A DNA stretch of 16,224 bases from Candidatus Thorarchaeota archaeon (GTDB lineage Archaea > Asgardarchaeota > Thorarchaeia > Thorarchaeales > Thorarchaeaceae), in the NCBI GenBank assembly GCA_016840855.1, contig JAEORO010000197.1:1-16224 (forward strand), written 5' to 3'. Every line of letters starts with the position of its first letter. Position 1 is the first letter of the stretch. A program made the translations under genes and the position numbers. Under the pieces are notes generated by a model. That model saw only the letters and a program-made list of their open reading frames with translations, did no database searches and was not told the DNA's origin. Below, piece by piece: positions 16,130 to 16,224 of the stretch.

Positions 16130-16222
16130 TTAGAATCGTTGCACCTGAGGTTCAAAGTCTTCAGGAGAAAAGGCAGGCTCGCTTTCCTCTGGCAAATCGC
16201 CTCTCTCTTTAAGTGTTTGAGT
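16130..16222 (-). CDS. Probable 3' end of a convergent gene entering from beyond the window (partial)
   Basis: Manual translation ...TQTLKERGDLPEESEPAFSPEDFEPQVQRF*, with the stop 3 nt from the end of the AcnX small subunit gene. Confidence 0.4.
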   Translation of the reverse strand, partial: TQTLKERGDLPEESEPAFSPEDFEPQVQRF

Positions 16223-16224
16223 TG

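Noticed and set aside
1166-16155. Numerous antisense or alternate-frame ORFs in the track (e.g. 1166-1459, 3171-3509, 3963-4145, 4487-4846, 7048-7359, 8747-9130, 9277-9546, 13015-13425, 15104-15409, 15940-16155)
   Set aside because: They overlap well-supported genes and show no motifs, so they are treated as shadow ORFs.
1-16224. CRISPR arrays, tandem repeats, IS elements, rRNA
   Set aside because: None seen by eye. Intergenic gaps are short, and the only repeats noticed are the diverged OB-fold repeats in rpa.

Overview
Gene-dense archaeal chromosomal window of mostly housekeeping genes. Elf1, a multi-OB RPA, archaeal TATA/BRE promoters and GGTGA ribosome-binding sites suggest a TACK/Asgard archaeon, possibly Thorarchaeia; this is inference only. 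From left to right: RPA with 4 OB folds and a Zn finger; a small hypothetical; a minus-strand pair of a Cys-containing winged-helix protein and a SufS-type cysteine desulfurase; elf1; an unannotated 38-aa membrane microprotein; a small coiled-coil protein; an Lhr helicase; an EngB GTPase; a membrane-anchored GIFT-like glycoprotein; an SWS1/ZSWIM7-like SWIM protein; a metallophosphoesterase; tRNA-Pro(CGG); a C5-cytosine methyltransferase coupled to a SPOUT-like gene; and an archaeal-type modified mevalonate operon (mvk, UbiD-type decarboxylase, two AcnX dehydratase subunits). No CRISPR array, transposase or integrase was seen. The best leads are the SWIM/MPE/Lhr/RPA repair neighbourhood, the nuclease-free methyltransferase pair abutting a tRNA-Pro with atypical A37, the wHTH-SufS pair, and the OST-reminiscent membrane proteins.
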